From an uncultured Gemmatimonadales bacterium (GTDB taxonomy: Bacteria > Gemmatimonadota > Gemmatimonadetes > Longimicrobiales > Gaopeijiaceae): a stretch of DNA of 64,000 bases. Within the stretch, counting starts at the first letter, position 1, and every line of letters begins with the position of its first letter. The stretch spans positions 32,001 to 96,000 of the forward strand of contig CAWGKG010000023.1 in NCBI GenBank assembly GCA_963823035.1. Direction: 5' to 3'. The notes beneath the pieces were generated by a model. That model made no database searches and was not told the origin of the DNA. It saw only the letters and a program-made list of their open reading frames with translations. Below are positions 44,754 to 56,321 of the stretch, one piece after another. A program made the position numbers and the translations under genes.

Positions 44754-45725
44754 ATGGCGAAGGCGATCAGGTTCCACGAGACCGGCGGGCCGGAGGTGCT
44801 CCGCCTCGAGGATATCGAGGTCGGCGACCCCGGCCCCGGCCAGCTTCGCGTCCGGCACACCGCCGTCGGGGTCAACTTCATCGACACGTACCAGCGCACG
44901 GGGCTCTACCGGGTGCCGCTGCCCCAGGTCGCCGGCAGCGAGGCGGCCGGTGTGGTCCAGGCCGTCGGCGCCGACGTGGACGGCTGGGCGGTCGGGGATC
45001 GCGTCGCGTACACGGGCGTGCTCGGCGCGTACTGCGAGGCCCGCCTCGTTCCCGCGGAGCGCATGGTGAGGATCCCCGACGACATCTCCGACGAGCAGGC
45101 CGCGTCCATGATGCTCAAGGGGATGACGGTCGCCTACCTCATGCGCCGCACGTACGCGGTGGAGGCGGGCGAGACCGTGCTGTGGCACGCCGCCGCGGGA
45201 GGTGTAGGGTCGATCGCCTGCCAGTGGCTGCACGCCCTGGGTGTCACGGTGATCGGCACGGTGGGCACCGACGACAAGGCGGAGCGCGCACGGTCGCTCG
45301 GCTGCGACCACCCGATCGTGTACACGCGTGAGAGCTTCGTCGACCGCGTCGTGGAGCTCACGGGCGGTGCGAAGCTCCCCGTGGTCTACGACTCGGTCGG
45401 CGCCTCCACCTGGGAGGGCTCGCTCGACTGCCTGCGCCCGCGCGGCCTCATGGTGTCCTTCGGCAACGCATCCGGCGCCGTGCCACCGGTGAGCATCGGG
45501 ATCCTCGCGTCGAAGGGATCGCTCTACCTCACGCGCCCCACCCTGGGCACGTACATCGCGACGCGGGAGGAGCTGGAGGATACGGCCGCCGCCCTCTTCG
45601 CCGTCGTCCGCGCCGGCAAGGTCCGGATCGAGCCCGCGAGCCGGTACGCGCTCGCCGACGCGGCGCGGGCACACCGCGACCTGGAGGGGCGCAGGACCGT
45701 GGGGTCCGTGATCCTCGTGCCGTGA
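44754..45725 (+). CDS. qor: NADPH:quinone oxidoreductase (zeta-crystallin family)
   Basis: GGPEVL, GVNFIDTYQRTG, HAAAGGVG, VVYDSVG, FGNASG, KGSLYLTRP. Confidence 0.94.
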   Translation: MAKAIRFHETGGPEVLRLEDIEVGDPGPGQLRVRHTAVGVNFIDTYQRTGLYRVPLPQVAGSEAAGVVQAVGADVDGWAVGDRVAYTGVLGAYCEARLVPAERMVRIPDDISDEQAASMMLKGMTVAYLMRRTYAVEAGETVLWHAAAGGVGSIACQWLHALGVTVIGTVGTDDKAERARSLGCDHPIVYTRESFVDRVVELTGGAKLPVVYDSVGASTWEGSLDCLRPRGLMVSFGNASGAVPPVSIGILASKGSLYLTRPTLGTYIATREELEDTAAALFAVVRAGKVRIEPASRYALADAARAHRDLEGRRTVGSVILVP

Positions 45726-45747
45726 TCCTCGTGCCGTGAGCCCCGTG
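45706..45747. repeat. 14-bp tandem repeat (CCGTGATCCTCGTG x2 plus a degenerate third copy) at the qor stop
   Basis: Read directly from the sequence. Confidence 0.6.
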
Positions 45748-45928
45748 GCTTGCGCGTGGCCCCCGCCGGCGGGATCGTAGAGGCGGGACGTCGTCCGGCG
45801 GGCGGTGCTCCTCCGGCTCGTCGCCCCCCAGAACGAACACCTCGGTCGGGGCAACACCTGCTCGGCCTGGCCTGCGCGGACGAGGCACGCCGTCCCGCGG
45901 CGGTCGGGCCAGGTGACCCGGAGATCCC

Positions 45929-48059
45929 ATGGCACACGCTCGCCCGTACCCTTCGCCCGCCCTCCTCCTCCTTCTCCTCACCACCGCCTGCTCGGACCGG
46001 CCGTCCGCTACGATGTCCACGCAGAATCCGCTCCTCGAGCCCAGCACCCTCCCCTACGAGGCGCCCCCCTTCGACCGCATCACGGAAGCCGACTACCAGC
46101 CCGCGATCGAGGCCGGGATGGCCCGCCAGCGCACGGAGATGGACTCGATCGCGAAACAGGCGGCCGAGCCCACGTTCGACAATACGATCGTCGCCATGGA
46201 GCGCTCGGGCCAGCTCCTCGCCCGCGTCATGCGCGCCTTCAACGCCGTCACCTCCGCGAACACGGACAGCGTGCTCCAGGACGTGCAGGCCGAGGAGGCT
46301 CCCAGGCTGGCCGCCCACTCGGACGCGATCTACCTGGACCCCGCCCTGTTCGCGCGCGTGCGTACGCTCTACGAGCAGCGCGCGGCCCTCGGGCTCGACA
46401 GCGTCCAGCGCTTCCTGGTCGAGCGCTACCACCGCGACTTCGTGCGCGCCGGCGCCGAGCTCGACGACAGCGCCAAGACCGAGCTGCGCGCCCTCAACGA
46501 GGAGGAGTCGCGTCTGGCGACCCGCTTCCAGACGGAGCTGCTCGCCGGCCGCAACGACGCGGCCGTGGTGGTGAAGGACTCCGCCGAGCTGGCCGGCCTG
46601 AGCTCCGCGGAAGTGTCGGCGGCGGCCGACGAGGCCACGGCGCCGCAAGCTGCCGGGAGCGTGGGTGCTCGCGCTCCAGAACACGTCGCAGCAGCCGGTG
46701 CTCGCGTCGCTCCGCGACCGCGCGCTCCGCGAGCGCGTGATGGAGGCATCGCTGGGACGCGGGCAGGGCGGCGCCCACGATACGCGCCCGATCGTGCAGC
46801 GCCTGGCACAGCTCCGGGCCCGCAAAGCGCAGATCCTCGGCTATCCCACCTGGGCCGCGTACGTACTCGACGACCAGATGGCCAAGACCCCCGCGGCCGC
46901 GCAGAAGCTGCTGACGAACATGGTGCCGGCCGCGACCGCGAAGGCCCGGGGCGAAGCCGCCCGCATGCAGTCGATCGTGGACGAGGAGGGCGGTGCCTTC
47001 CAGCTCGCGTCGTGGGACTGGCAGCGCTACGCCGAGCAGCTCCGCAAGCGGGAATACGACCTCGACCAGGCCGAGGTGCGCCCCTTCATGGAGCTCGACC
47101 GCGTGCTCCGGGACGGCGTGTTCTTCGCGGCGCACCAGCTCTACGGGCTGACCTTCCAGGAGCGGCACGACATCCCGGTGTACCACCCGGACGTGCGCGT
47201 CTTCGAGGTGTTCGACGCCGACGGCTCGCCCATGGCCCTCTTCTACGCCGACTACTTCCAGCGGCCGAGCAAGAGCGGAGGCGCGTGGATGGACGCCCTG
47301 GTGGAGCAGTCCGGGCTGTTCGACACGAAGCCGGTGGTCTACAACGTCTGCAACTTCACGAAGCCCGCGCCCGGTCAGCCGGCGCTGCTCGGATTCGACG
47401 ACGTCACCACGATGTTCCACGAGTTCGGCCACGCGCTGCACGGGATGTTCTCGGACGTCCGCTACCCCACCCTGGCGGGCACCAACGTCCCGCGCGACTT
47501 CGTCGAGTTCCCGTCGCAGTTCAACGAGCACTGGGCGCTCGAGCCGAGCGTGCTGGCGAACTACGCCAAGCGGTGGGACACGGGTGAGCCGATGCCCGCC
47601 TCGCTCGTGGACAAGATCCGCAGGTCCTCGACGTTCAACATGGGGTACGCCACCACCGAGTACCTCGCGGCCGCCCTGCTCGACATGGCATGGCACACCC
47701 TCCCGCCCGCAGCTCCGCCCCAGGACGTGGTCGCGTTCGAGGCGGACGCGCTCCACCGCTTCCGGGTCGACCTGGCGCAGGTGCCGCCCCGCTACCGGAC
47801 CACCTACTTCTCGCACATCTGGGACGGCGGCTACTCGGCGGGCTACTACGCCTACATGTGGAGCGAGGTGCTGGACGACGACGCCTACTACTGGTTCCGC
47901 GACAACGGAGGGATGACGCGCGAGAACGGACAGCGCTTCCGCGACATGATCCTCAGCCGCGGCGGCAGCGAGGACGCGGGCGCGATGTACCGGGCCTTCC
48001 GGGGTCGCGATCCGAGCGTGCAGCCGCTGCTGGAGGAGCGCGGGCTCACGGGAGGGTGA
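45929..48059 (+). CDS. dcp: M3 peptidyl-dipeptidase Dcp-like lipoprotein; frameshift near 46645
   Basis: Lipobox LTTAC; NPLL, PTFDNT, KSGGAWM, FHEFGHALH, RDFVEFPSQ, YSAGYYAY. Confidence 0.92.
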
Positions 48060-48077
48060 GGGCCGACCGCGGGGGCG

Positions 48078-48752
48078 TCAGGGGACGCGAACGGTGTCCT
48101 CGAGGATGTGGCGGATGCTCTCGGGTCCGCGGACCATGCGGTGGAAGTTGCCGATCCACGACTGCCAGAGCAGCACGGACCCGGCGATCATGAGCGCCGC
48201 GGCCGCGCCGACCATCACGCGCCGGTACCAGTGGTCGGGGAGCCGCTGGTGCCCGAACGACGCGGCGCGCGCGATGCCCACGTAGACGCCCACGAAGACG
48301 ACGATGAACGCTCCGAAGAAGGCGACGGCATGGCCCACGCCGTGGTGGTACGCGCTCAGCACGAGGGGCGAGCCCACGAGGAGCCAGAACACCCAGGGCG
48401 ACGGCGACAGGACCGCCACCATCATGCTCTCGAGCGTCCTGCGGCGGGAGCTGATCGTGGGCTCGTCGACCGGGTTCTCGCGCGACTCCTTGAACGTGCG
48501 GGCCGCCAGGAAGAGGACGAACAGCCCTCCGACGATGCCCATCCAGCGGAGCGCTCCGTCGGGCAGCTTCGACAGGATCAGCGCCGACACGATCATCACC
48601 GCCGTCTCGGATCCGAGCGGGACCACCGCGATGCGGAAGCCCGCCCAGAAGCCGTGGCGGAGCGCCGTCACGGCGATGAGGGCCGTGAACGGACCGGGGA
48701 CGACGCCCGAGAAGAGGCCGAGCAACGTCCCCAGGACAAGCGTTCGGATCAA
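48078..48752 (-). CDS. LysE family transporter
   Basis: GVVPGP motif, LSPSPWVFW, about six hydrophobic helices. Confidence 0.75.
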   Translation of the reverse strand: MIRTLVLGTLLGLFSGVVPGPFTALIAVTALRHGFWAGFRIAVVPLGSETAVMIVSALILSKLPDGALRWMGIVGGLFVLFLAARTFKESRENPVDEPTISSRRRTLESMMVAVLSPSPWVFWLLVGSPLVLSAYHHGVGHAVAFFGAFIVVFVGVYVGIARAASFGHQRLPDHWYRRVMVGAAAALMIAGSVLLWQSWIGNFHRMVRGPESIRHILEDTVRVP

Positions 48753-48962
48753 GTTCGGATTCGCTCGACTCGGCTGGGGGGCACGATCCGATCAGCCCGG
48801 GCTCCGCGCGGGGAGCCCGTGTCGGAAAGGCGGTCGTCGCCCGGAAAGAAAGAGCGTACGGGCGCGAAGCGCCACCCGTGTGTGCACCGGACACACCGCC
48901 GGAGGGTATCCCTCGACCGACGCAGATGGCCCGAGTGGACCCGCGCAGCGAAGGAAGTCCCG

Positions 48963-50417
48963 ATGAAGATCGAGCCCGAGATGGTGGGTCGGACCTACGA
49001 CGACTTCCTCTTCCGCCCACGCAAGGGCGTGGTCGCCACGCGGCGTGAGGTCGGCTTGACCTCGCCCCTGGCGCGTGGCATCACGGTGGAGCTTCCCGTG
49101 GTGTCCGCCAACATGGACAGCGTGACCGGCTCGGCGATGGCGGAGACGATGGCGCTGGAGGCGGGGATCGGCATCATCCATCGTGCCATGTCGATCGAGG
49201 CGCAGGTCCGCGAGGTCGAGCGCGTGAAGCGGAGCCACGGCTTCGTGGTGGACGAGCCCTTCCGCGTGGCCCGGGGAACGCGACTCGGTCAGGCGCGCGA
49301 GCTGATGCGGCAGCGCGGCACGAGCCTCCTCGTCGAGGAGACGGAGGGGAGCGGCGTGCTGGCCGGCCTCCTGTCCGCGCGCGACATTCCCTGGTTCGAC
49401 GGAGACGACGACGCCCCCGTCGAAGCGTACATGACGCCCTTCTCCGAGCTGCGCACCGGGCGACCGGGCATCGGCCTCGATGAGGCGGAGCGGGCGCTCT
49501 ACGAGAACCGCGTCGAGAAACTGCCCCTGGTCGACGACGCGCGCCGGATCCATGGGCTCATCACGAAGCGCGACGTGATCCTGCACCGCCACCGCCCGCA
49601 CGTGTCGAAGGACGAGAAGGGCCACCTGCGGGTCGGGGCGGCCACGGGCGCCACCGGAGACTACGTCGAGCGTGCCCAAGCGCTCGCGGCGGCGGGGGCC
49701 GACGTCGTCCTGGTGGACGTGGCCCACGCCCACTCGGAGGTGATGGGCACCGCCCTGCGGGCGCTGCGCGATCGTCTGCCGGACACCGCGCTCGTCGCGG
49801 GCAACGTCGGCACGGCGGAAGGCGCACGCTTCCTCGCCGACCTCGGCGTGGACGGCGTGAAGGTGGGCATCGGCCCGGGGCGCGGGTGTCGCACACGCAT
49901 CGAGACGGCCGCGGGCGTGCCTCAGCTCCAGGCCGTGCGCGAGGCGTGGATCGAGCTGGGGGACGAGGTGCCGATCATCGCCGACGGGGGCGTGAAGGAC
50001 GACAAGGACGTCTTTCTCGCCATCATGTGTGGCGCCTCCACCGTGATGTTGGGGAGCGCCCTCTCGGGGACGGAGGAGTCACCGGGTCGTGTGATCGAGG
50101 ACCCGGCCACCGGGCAGAAGCTCAAGATCTACCGCGGGATGACGTCACCGCAGGCCGTGATGCAGACGCTGTACGGCTCCGAGGACGCGGCGGTGGACGA
50201 GGCGCTCGAGACGCCCGCCGAGGGGCAGGAGATCCAGGTGCCCTTCAAGGGGAGCGCCGTGGACATCCTCGCGCGCATGCGCGGCCACCTGCGATCCGCC
50301 GTCAGCTACGCCGGGGCGTCGTCGCTCATGGAGGCACGGGCGATGGTGGTGCGCCATCCCATGGAGCATCTGATTCCCCTGTCCGACGCCGCCAAGCGGG
50401 AGTCGTGGGACCGATGA
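48963..50417 (+). CDS. guaB: IMP dehydrogenase/GMP reductase family protein with CBS domains (divergent)
   Basis: [62 protein letters not shown]. Confidence 0.85.
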   Translation: MKIEPEMVGRTYDDFLFRPRKGVVATRREVGLTSPLARGITVELPVVSANMDSVTGSAMAETMALEAGIGIIHRAMSIEAQVREVERVKRSHGFVVDEPFRVARGTRLGQARELMRQRGTSLLVEETEGSGVLAGLLSARDIPWFDGDDDAPVEAYMTPFSELRTGRPGIGLDEAERALYENRVEKLPLVDDARRIHGLITKRDVILHRHRPHVSKDEKGHLRVGAATGATGDYVERAQALAAAGADVVLVDVAHAHSEVMGTALRALRDRLPDTALVAGNVGTAEGARFLADLGVDGVKVGIGPGRGCRTRIETAAGVPQLQAVREAWIELGDEVPIIADGGVKDDKDVFLAIMCGASTVMLGSALSGTEESPGRVIEDPATGQKLKIYRGMTSPQAVMQTLYGSEDAAVDEALETPAEGQEIQVPFKGSAVDILARMRGHLRSAVSYAGASSLMEARAMVVRHPMEHLIPLSDAAKRESWDR

Positions 50418-52842
50418 CGCCACGTGCGGCGTGGGCGGCGCTGACGGCGCTGCTCCTTCTGGTCCCGTCGGCCCTCGCCGCCCAGGAAGTGCGTGGCATC
50501 GTCTCCGACGTCGATTCGCGTGTGCCCGTGGCGGGGGCCATGGTCCTCCTGCTCGCGGCGACCGATCAGCCGCTCGTGCGCGTGCTCACGGCGGAGGACG
50601 GCGGGTTCGTCCTGGTGCCGCCGACACCGGGGCGCTTCCGCCTGCGCGTCGACCGCATCGGCTACGCGTCGGTGGTGACCGACCCGTTCGACGTCCAGGC
50701 CGGACAGAGCGTCCACCGCGACGTCGCCACCGGCATCGAGCCCGTGGTGCTCGAGGGGATCGACGTGAAGGGAGCGCGCCGCTGCGAGGTGCGGCCGACG
50801 GAGGGCCTCGCGACCGCGCTCGTCTGGGAGGAGGCGCGTAAGGCGCTGGCCGCCGCGGCGTGGACCGCCGAGCGGGGGATGTACCGCTTCGCGTGGACGC
50901 GCTTCGTGCGCGAGATGGCCCCCGACGGCCGGCGCGTCCTCGAGGAGCAGCGCACGCTCCGGAGGAGGCTTCACCCCGCAGCCCTTCGTGGCCGTGTCCG
51001 CGGACAAGCTCGCCGAGGAGGGGTTCGTCGCCGACGTGGGAGGGGACCGTATCTTCTATGCGCCCGACGCGAACGTCCTCCTCTCGGACGCGTTCCTCGA
51101 CACGCACTGCTTCGCGCTCGACGACGACCGCGCGTCCGAGGGCCTCATCGGCCTCCACTTCGAACCGGTGCGGCGCCGGGGCCTCCCCGACGTCGAGGGC
51201 GTCGTCTGGGTGGAGCGTGCGGGCGCCCGGCTGCGCTCCCTCTCCTACGGCTACGTGAACCTGGGTCGCGACCTCGAGGGCGAGGACGCCAGCGGCGAGA
51301 TCCGTTTCCGGGAGCTTCCGAACGGCACCTGGATCGTCGATGAATGGCGGATCCGCATGCCCCAGGTCGTGGAGCGCCGGGGCGGTCCCTTCGGCTCGGC
51401 TCCCCGCTACGGCGTCCTCGGCTACCGGGACGAGGGCGGAGAGGTGCGGCGCATCGTGACCGCCACCGGCGAGACCGTGCGTGACACCCCGGGGGGAGCC
51501 ACCGTCTCCGGTGTGGTCGTCGACAGCCTGAGCGGGCCCGTGGTGGGCGCGCGCGTCTGGCTCGCGGGCACGGACCGTGAAGCCCGGTCGGACGCCAACG
51601 GGGCCTTCGCCTTCGAGGGACGTGGCGCCCGGGAGCTGGCGCGTCGGCGCCTCCGTTCTCGCGCTGGACACGGTGGGCCACCCGGGCACCTTCCGCGACG
51701 TGGACGTGGGCGCGGCCCCGGTGGGCGACGTGCTCCTCGAGCTTCCATCCGTGGGTCGCACGGTCCTGGCACGCTGCGAGGTGCCACCCACGGAGGACGA
51801 GGGCGTGGTGTACGGCTTCGTGGTCGACGCGACGGGAGCGCCGGTGGCGGGCGCCGACGTCCACGTGCTCTGGACGGAGGTGCACCGCACCGGCCTCCCG
51901 AATGCCTTCCGGCTGAACGAGCGGGGGCTGGGGGTGGTGACGGACGAGCGTGGCGTCTTCGTGTCGTGCGGGGTCCCGATCCGCTACCCGGCGACCGTCA
52001 CGGCGTCGGTGGGGGATCGGACGTCGGAGAAGCAGGAAGCCCGCCTCGGGGAACTCGAGCCCGTGGTCTCGGTGCGGATCGTGCTTCCCGCGGACGCCCC
52101 GCCGGAGGCCGCGAAGCCGAGTGACGCCGAGCACCCCGAGGCGGCCAACGCCGAATCGTCCTGGCTCGCGGAGAAGGGCTTCCCCCTGCGCACCGAGGAG
52201 GCGTTGCTCCACCTGACCGGGGCCGAGGTCCGCCGGCGCGGGCTCGACGCCATCGCGCGCATCGTGGAGGAGCTGCCGAGGGTGGAGGTGCGGACGTTCG
52301 TGACGGGCGCCCACGAGCTCCGCCTGCACGATGCGGCGGGGTGGAAGCTGGGCGATCCGGACGCATCGTGGTGCACGCTCGACCTCTACGTGAACGGGAA
52401 CCTCGCGCGCCAGGGCTCCGGCGACCCCGGCCTGACCCCCGATCGGCTTCTCGACACGCGGCTACGCGACCTCTCGGGCGTCGAGGTGTTCGACGCCGCG
52501 GACGCGCCGGTGGCTCCCCCCGGGGGCTGCGGCGTCGTGCTCCTCTGGTTCTACGAGATGCCGGAACTCGACGTCGACTTCGAGGGACGTCTCTCGGGCC
52601 GGATCACGCTGGCCCCGGACGACGCCCCGGCGAACGGGGTGCTCGTCACCCTCGAGCCGGGCGGCCGGGAGTTGCGGACGGACCTGCGTGGGCGCTTCGA
52701 TTTCGGCCGCCTGCCGCCGGCCCGCTACCGCATCGAAGCGACGCTTCCCGGGTGGGGAACGTGGAGCACGACGGTCCCCGTGAAGGCGGGCGACGACCAG
52801 GACGTGACGATCCGCGTGGAGGTGCGCGGCAGGACACGCTGA
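50414..52842 (+). CDS. Secreted protein with several carboxypeptidase-regulatory-like domains; frameshifts near 50965 and 51620
   Basis: Signal peptide; repeated G-x-V..PV.GA.V...T/SD..G.F domains; APDANVLLSDAFLDTHCF; late C.LDLYVNG...GVEVF...CGVVLLW module. Confidence 0.72.
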
Positions 52843-53005
52843 CGGAGCCGTTCGCGCCGGGCGGCGCGGGTGCTCGCGTCCCCCCACGGGAACGGCATCG
52901 CACGGTTGCGGACGGATCCCTCCGACCTGACCTTCAGGGTGCCCTCCCCGGGCGGCATCCTCGCCGCTTCCGCGACCTGTGTCCCCTCGTCCGGATCGAC
53001 GAACC

Positions 53006-56000
53006 ATGCGGATGCATTCCCGGGCTCTCCTGGCCCTGGCGACCCTCGCGGTCGCATCTCCCGTCCACGCGCAGGACTCCCTCTTCACGGCCGCCAACTT
53101 CCGCGGCATGGCGCTCCGCGAGATCGGCCCCGCCATCACCTCGGGGCGCATCGTGGACTTCGCGGTGCGCGCCGACGACCCGGCCACCTGGTTCGTCGGA
53201 TCGGCCGCCGGCGGCGTGTGGAAGACCGACAACGACGGCACCACCTTCACGCCCGTCTTCGGCGACCAGGGCTCGTACTCGATCGGCGTGGTCGAGATCG
53301 ACCCGAGCGACCCGTACGTCGTCTGGGTGGGCACCGGCGAGAACAACGCACAGCGCGCCGTGGCCTACGGCGACGGCGTCTACAAGTCGGTGGACGGAGG
53401 CAGGAGCTGGAAGCGGATGGGCCTCGAGCACTCGGAGCACATCGGCCGCATCCTCGTCCATCCGGAGGACGGAGACGTCGTCTACGTCGCGGCGCAGGGC
53501 CCGCTGTGGAGCGCCGGCGGCGACCGGGGCCTCTACAAGACCACGGACGGGGGCGCGACCTGGACGCGCATCCTCGAGGTGGACGAGAACACCGGCGTGA
53601 ACGACGTCGTGATGGACCCGCGCGACCCCGACGTGCTCTACGCGTCGACGTGGCAGCGGCGCCGCCACGTCTGGACGTACATCGGCGGCGGGCCGGGCTC
53701 GGCGCTCTACAAGTCGACCGACGCGGGTGCGACGTGGACGAAGGTGACCGCCGGCATCCCCTCCGGCGACGTCGGCCGCATCGGGCTGTGCGTGTCGCCG
53801 GCGGATCCCGACTACGTCTACGCGATCGTCGAGACGGGCGACGAGCGCGGCGGCTTCTTCCGCTCCACGGACCGCGGCGGCTCCTTCCAGAAGCGCGGCG
53901 GCTACAGTACGAGCGGGAACTACTACTCCGAGATCTTCTGCGACCGGTTCGACCGCGACCGCGTCGTCGCCATGGACGTGTGGGCCCAGGTCACCGAGGA
54001 CGGCGGTGCCCACTGGGGCCGCTTCGGGGAGCAGAGCAAGCACGTGGACAACCACGCGCTCTGGCAGGACCCGAACGATCCGGACCACTACCTGAACGGC
54101 AACGACGGCGGCGTCTACGAGAGCTGGGACCGCGCCCGTACCTGGCAGTTCAAGGCCAACCTCCCGGTCACGCAGTTCTACAAGGTCGCGCTCGACGAGG
54201 ACCGGCCGTTCTACAACGTGTACGGCGGCACGCAGGACAACTTCTCCCTCGGCGGGCCGTCACGGACCACCAGCCAGCACGGCATCGTCAACGCGGATTG
54301 GGAGATCACGAACGGTGGGGACGGCTTCGAGAGCCAGGTCGACCCGACCGACCCGAACATCGTCTACGCGCAGTCGCAGTATGGTGGGCTCGTGCGCTAC
54401 GACAAGGCCAGCGGCGAGATCGTGCCCATCCAGCCGCAGGAGGGCGCGGGCGAGCCGGGGCTGCGCTGGCAATGGGACGCGCCGCTCCTCATCAGCCCGC
54501 ATGCGCACACGCGCCTCTACCACGCGGCCAACATCGTGTTCAGGAGCGACGACCGCGGCGACTCCTGGCGGGCGATCAGCCCCGACCTGAGCCGCCGGCT
54601 CGACCGCAACACCTTCCCGGTGATGGGCAAGGTGTGGAGCGTGGACGCGGTCGCGAAGAACCAGTCCACGACCATCTACGGGAACGTCGTGTCGCTGGAC
54701 GAGTCCCCCGTGCGGGAGGACCTGCTGTGGGTGGGCACGGACGACGGGCTCATCCAGGTCACCGAGGACGCCGGTGGCGCTTGGCGGCGCATCGAGTCGT
54801 TCCCCGGCGTGCCCGAGCGCACGTACGTGAACATGGTGCTCGCCTCGAGACATGACGCCGCCACGGCGTACGCGGCGTTCAACAACCACAAGAACGGGGA
54901 CTTCAAGCCGTATCTCCTGAAGACCACCGACATGGGGCGGAGCTGGCGCTCGATCGCCTCGAACCTCCCGGAGCGAGGCTCGGTCTACAGCATCGCCGAG
55001 GATCCCGAGGTGCCGGAGCTACTCTTCGTGGGCACCGAGTTCGGCGTCTACTTCACCCGCGACGGCGGCGCCCACTGGGTCGAGCTGACCGGAGGCGGCT
55101 TCCCGACCATCGCGGTGCGCGACCTGGCGATCCAGACGCGCGAGAACGACCTGGTGCTCGCCACCTTCGGGCGCGGCTTCTGGGTGCTGGACGACTACAC
55201 ACCGCTACGCACGGCCACGGCCGACGTCCTGGCGAAGCCGGCGCACATCTTTCCGACGCGCGACGCGCTCGCCTACATCCCGTCGCGTCGCCTGGGCCTG
55301 AACGACAAGTCCTTCCAGGGGGAGGCCTACTTCACGGCCGAGAACCCGCCCTTCGGAGCGGTCTTCACCTGGTGGTTGAAGGACGGCATCCAGACGCTCG
55401 AGGAGCAGCGTCAGGCACGGGAGGCCGCGCGGGAGAAGGCCGGTCAGCCGGTGGCCTACCCCACCTTCGAGGAGATGCGGGCGGAGGACCAGGAGCAGGA
55501 TCCCTATCTCCTCATCACGATCCGTGACTCGGGCGGCGACGTGGTGCGTCGCCTGCGCACTGCCGCCGCGCAGGGGATCCACCGTATCGCGTGGGACCTG
55601 CGCTATCCGCCCATGGCCCCGGTCGACCTCGGACCTCCCGGCGAGCCGAACCCCTTCTCCGAGCCGGACGTCGGCCCGTTCGTGGTCCCCGGCACCTACA
55701 CGGTCTCGATGTCGCGGGTGGTGGACGGCGAGCCGGAGACGCTCGTCGAGCCGGTCTCCTTCGACGTGCGCTCGCTCGACAACGCAACGCTGACCGCCCA
55801 GGACAAGGCCGCCCTCCTCGCCTTCCAGAAGGAGGTCGGCGAGGCCCAGCGCGACATCGTGGCCGCCTCACGGCGGCTGGGCGAGGCGTCCGACCGCCTG
55901 CGTCCCATCACGGAGGCCATCCGCCTCACGCCGTCGCTTCCCGAGAGCACGTTGGCGGAGGTGCGGGCGCTCGAGCGCCGCATCGCCGAGATCCGCATCA

Positions 56001-56266
56001 CGCTCAGTGGCGACGCGAGCGTCGCGCGCCGGCAGTTCGAGACGCCGACCTCCATCCTGGGGCGGATCGGCGGCACCGTGTACGCGTCCTACTCGGGGAC
56101 CTCTGCGCCCAGCCCCGCGCAGCGCGACCAGCTGCGCATCGCCGTGCAGCAGTTCCGCACGGTGGAGCCCGAAGTCGCCTCCCTGCTGCGGGCGCTCGAA
56201 GCGCTCGAGGCACGTCTCGAGGCGGCGGGCGCACCGTACACGCCGGGGCGACGCATCGGAGGATAG
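53006..56266 (+). CDS. VPS10/sortilin-like BNR (Asp-box) repeat protein, glycosyl-hydrolase-like
   Basis: REIGPAITSGRI, GGVWKT, repeated SxDGGxxW boxes, GGTQDN, GGDGF, ATFGRG; C-terminal helical region. Confidence 0.88.
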   Translation: MRMHSRALLALATLAVASPVHAQDSLFTAANFRGMALREIGPAITSGRIVDFAVRADDPATWFVGSAAGGVWKTDNDGTTFTPVFGDQGSYSIGVVEIDPSDPYVVWVGTGENNAQRAVAYGDGVYKSVDGGRSWKRMGLEHSEHIGRILVHPEDGDVVYVAAQGPLWSAGGDRGLYKTTDGGATWTRILEVDENTGVNDVVMDPRDPDVLYASTWQRRRHVWTYIGGGPGSALYKSTDAGATWTKVTAGIPSGDVGRIGLCVSPADPDYVYAIVETGDERGGFFRSTDRGGSFQKRGGYSTSGNYYSEIFCDRFDRDRVVAMDVWAQVTEDGGAHWGRFGEQSKHVDNHALWQDPNDPDHYLNGNDGGVYESWDRARTWQFKANLPVTQFYKVALDEDRPFYNVYGGTQDNFSLGGPSRTTSQHGIVNADWEITNGGDGFESQVDPTDPNIVYAQSQYGGLVRYDKASGEIVPIQPQEGAGEPGLRWQWDAPLLISPHAHTRLYHAANIVFRSDDRGDSWRAISPDLSRRLDRNTFPVMGKVWSVDAVAKNQSTTIYGNVVSLDESPVREDLLWVGTDDGLIQVTEDAGGAWRRIESFPGVPERTYVNMVLASRHDAATAYAAFNNHKNGDFKPYLLKTTDMGRSWRSIASNLPERGSVYSIAEDPEVPELLFVGTEFGVYFTRDGGAHWVELTGGGFPTIAVRDLAIQTRENDLVLATFGRGFWVLDDYTPLRTATADVLAKPAHIFPTRDALAYIPSRRLGLNDKSFQGEAYFTAENPPFGAVFTWWLKDGIQTLEEQRQAREAAREKAGQPVAYPTFEEMRAEDQEQDPYLLITIRDSGGDVVRRLRTAAAQGIHRIAWDLRYPPMAPVDLGPPGEPNPFSEPDVGPFVVPGTYTVSMSRVVDGEPETLVEPVSFDVRSLDNATLTAQDKAALLAFQKEVGEAQRDIVAASRRLGEASDRLRPITEAIRLTPSLPESTLAEVRALERRIAEIRITLSGDASVARRQFETPTSILGRIGGTVYASYSGTSAPSPAQRDQLRIAVQQFRTVEPEVASLLRALEALEARLEAAGAPYTPGRRIGG

Positions 56267-56275
56267 GGAGAACGC

Positions 56276-56306
56276 CGTGGGGAGGGGGCGCAGCCCCCTC
56301 CCCACG
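56276..56306. terminator. 14-bp perfect stem hairpin between convergent genes
   Basis: CGTGGGGAGGGGGC-GCA-GCCCCCTCCCCACG; no U-tract. Confidence 0.6.
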
Positions 56307-56321
56307 CATGCCGTGCGCTGC

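Noticed and set aside
45706..45747. Short tandem repeat as a CRISPR or att site
   Set aside because: Only 14-bp units without spacers, and no cas or integrase genes nearby.
48108..48962. N-terminal extension of the guaB ORF
   Set aside because: It is antisense to lysE. Homology begins at ATG 48963.
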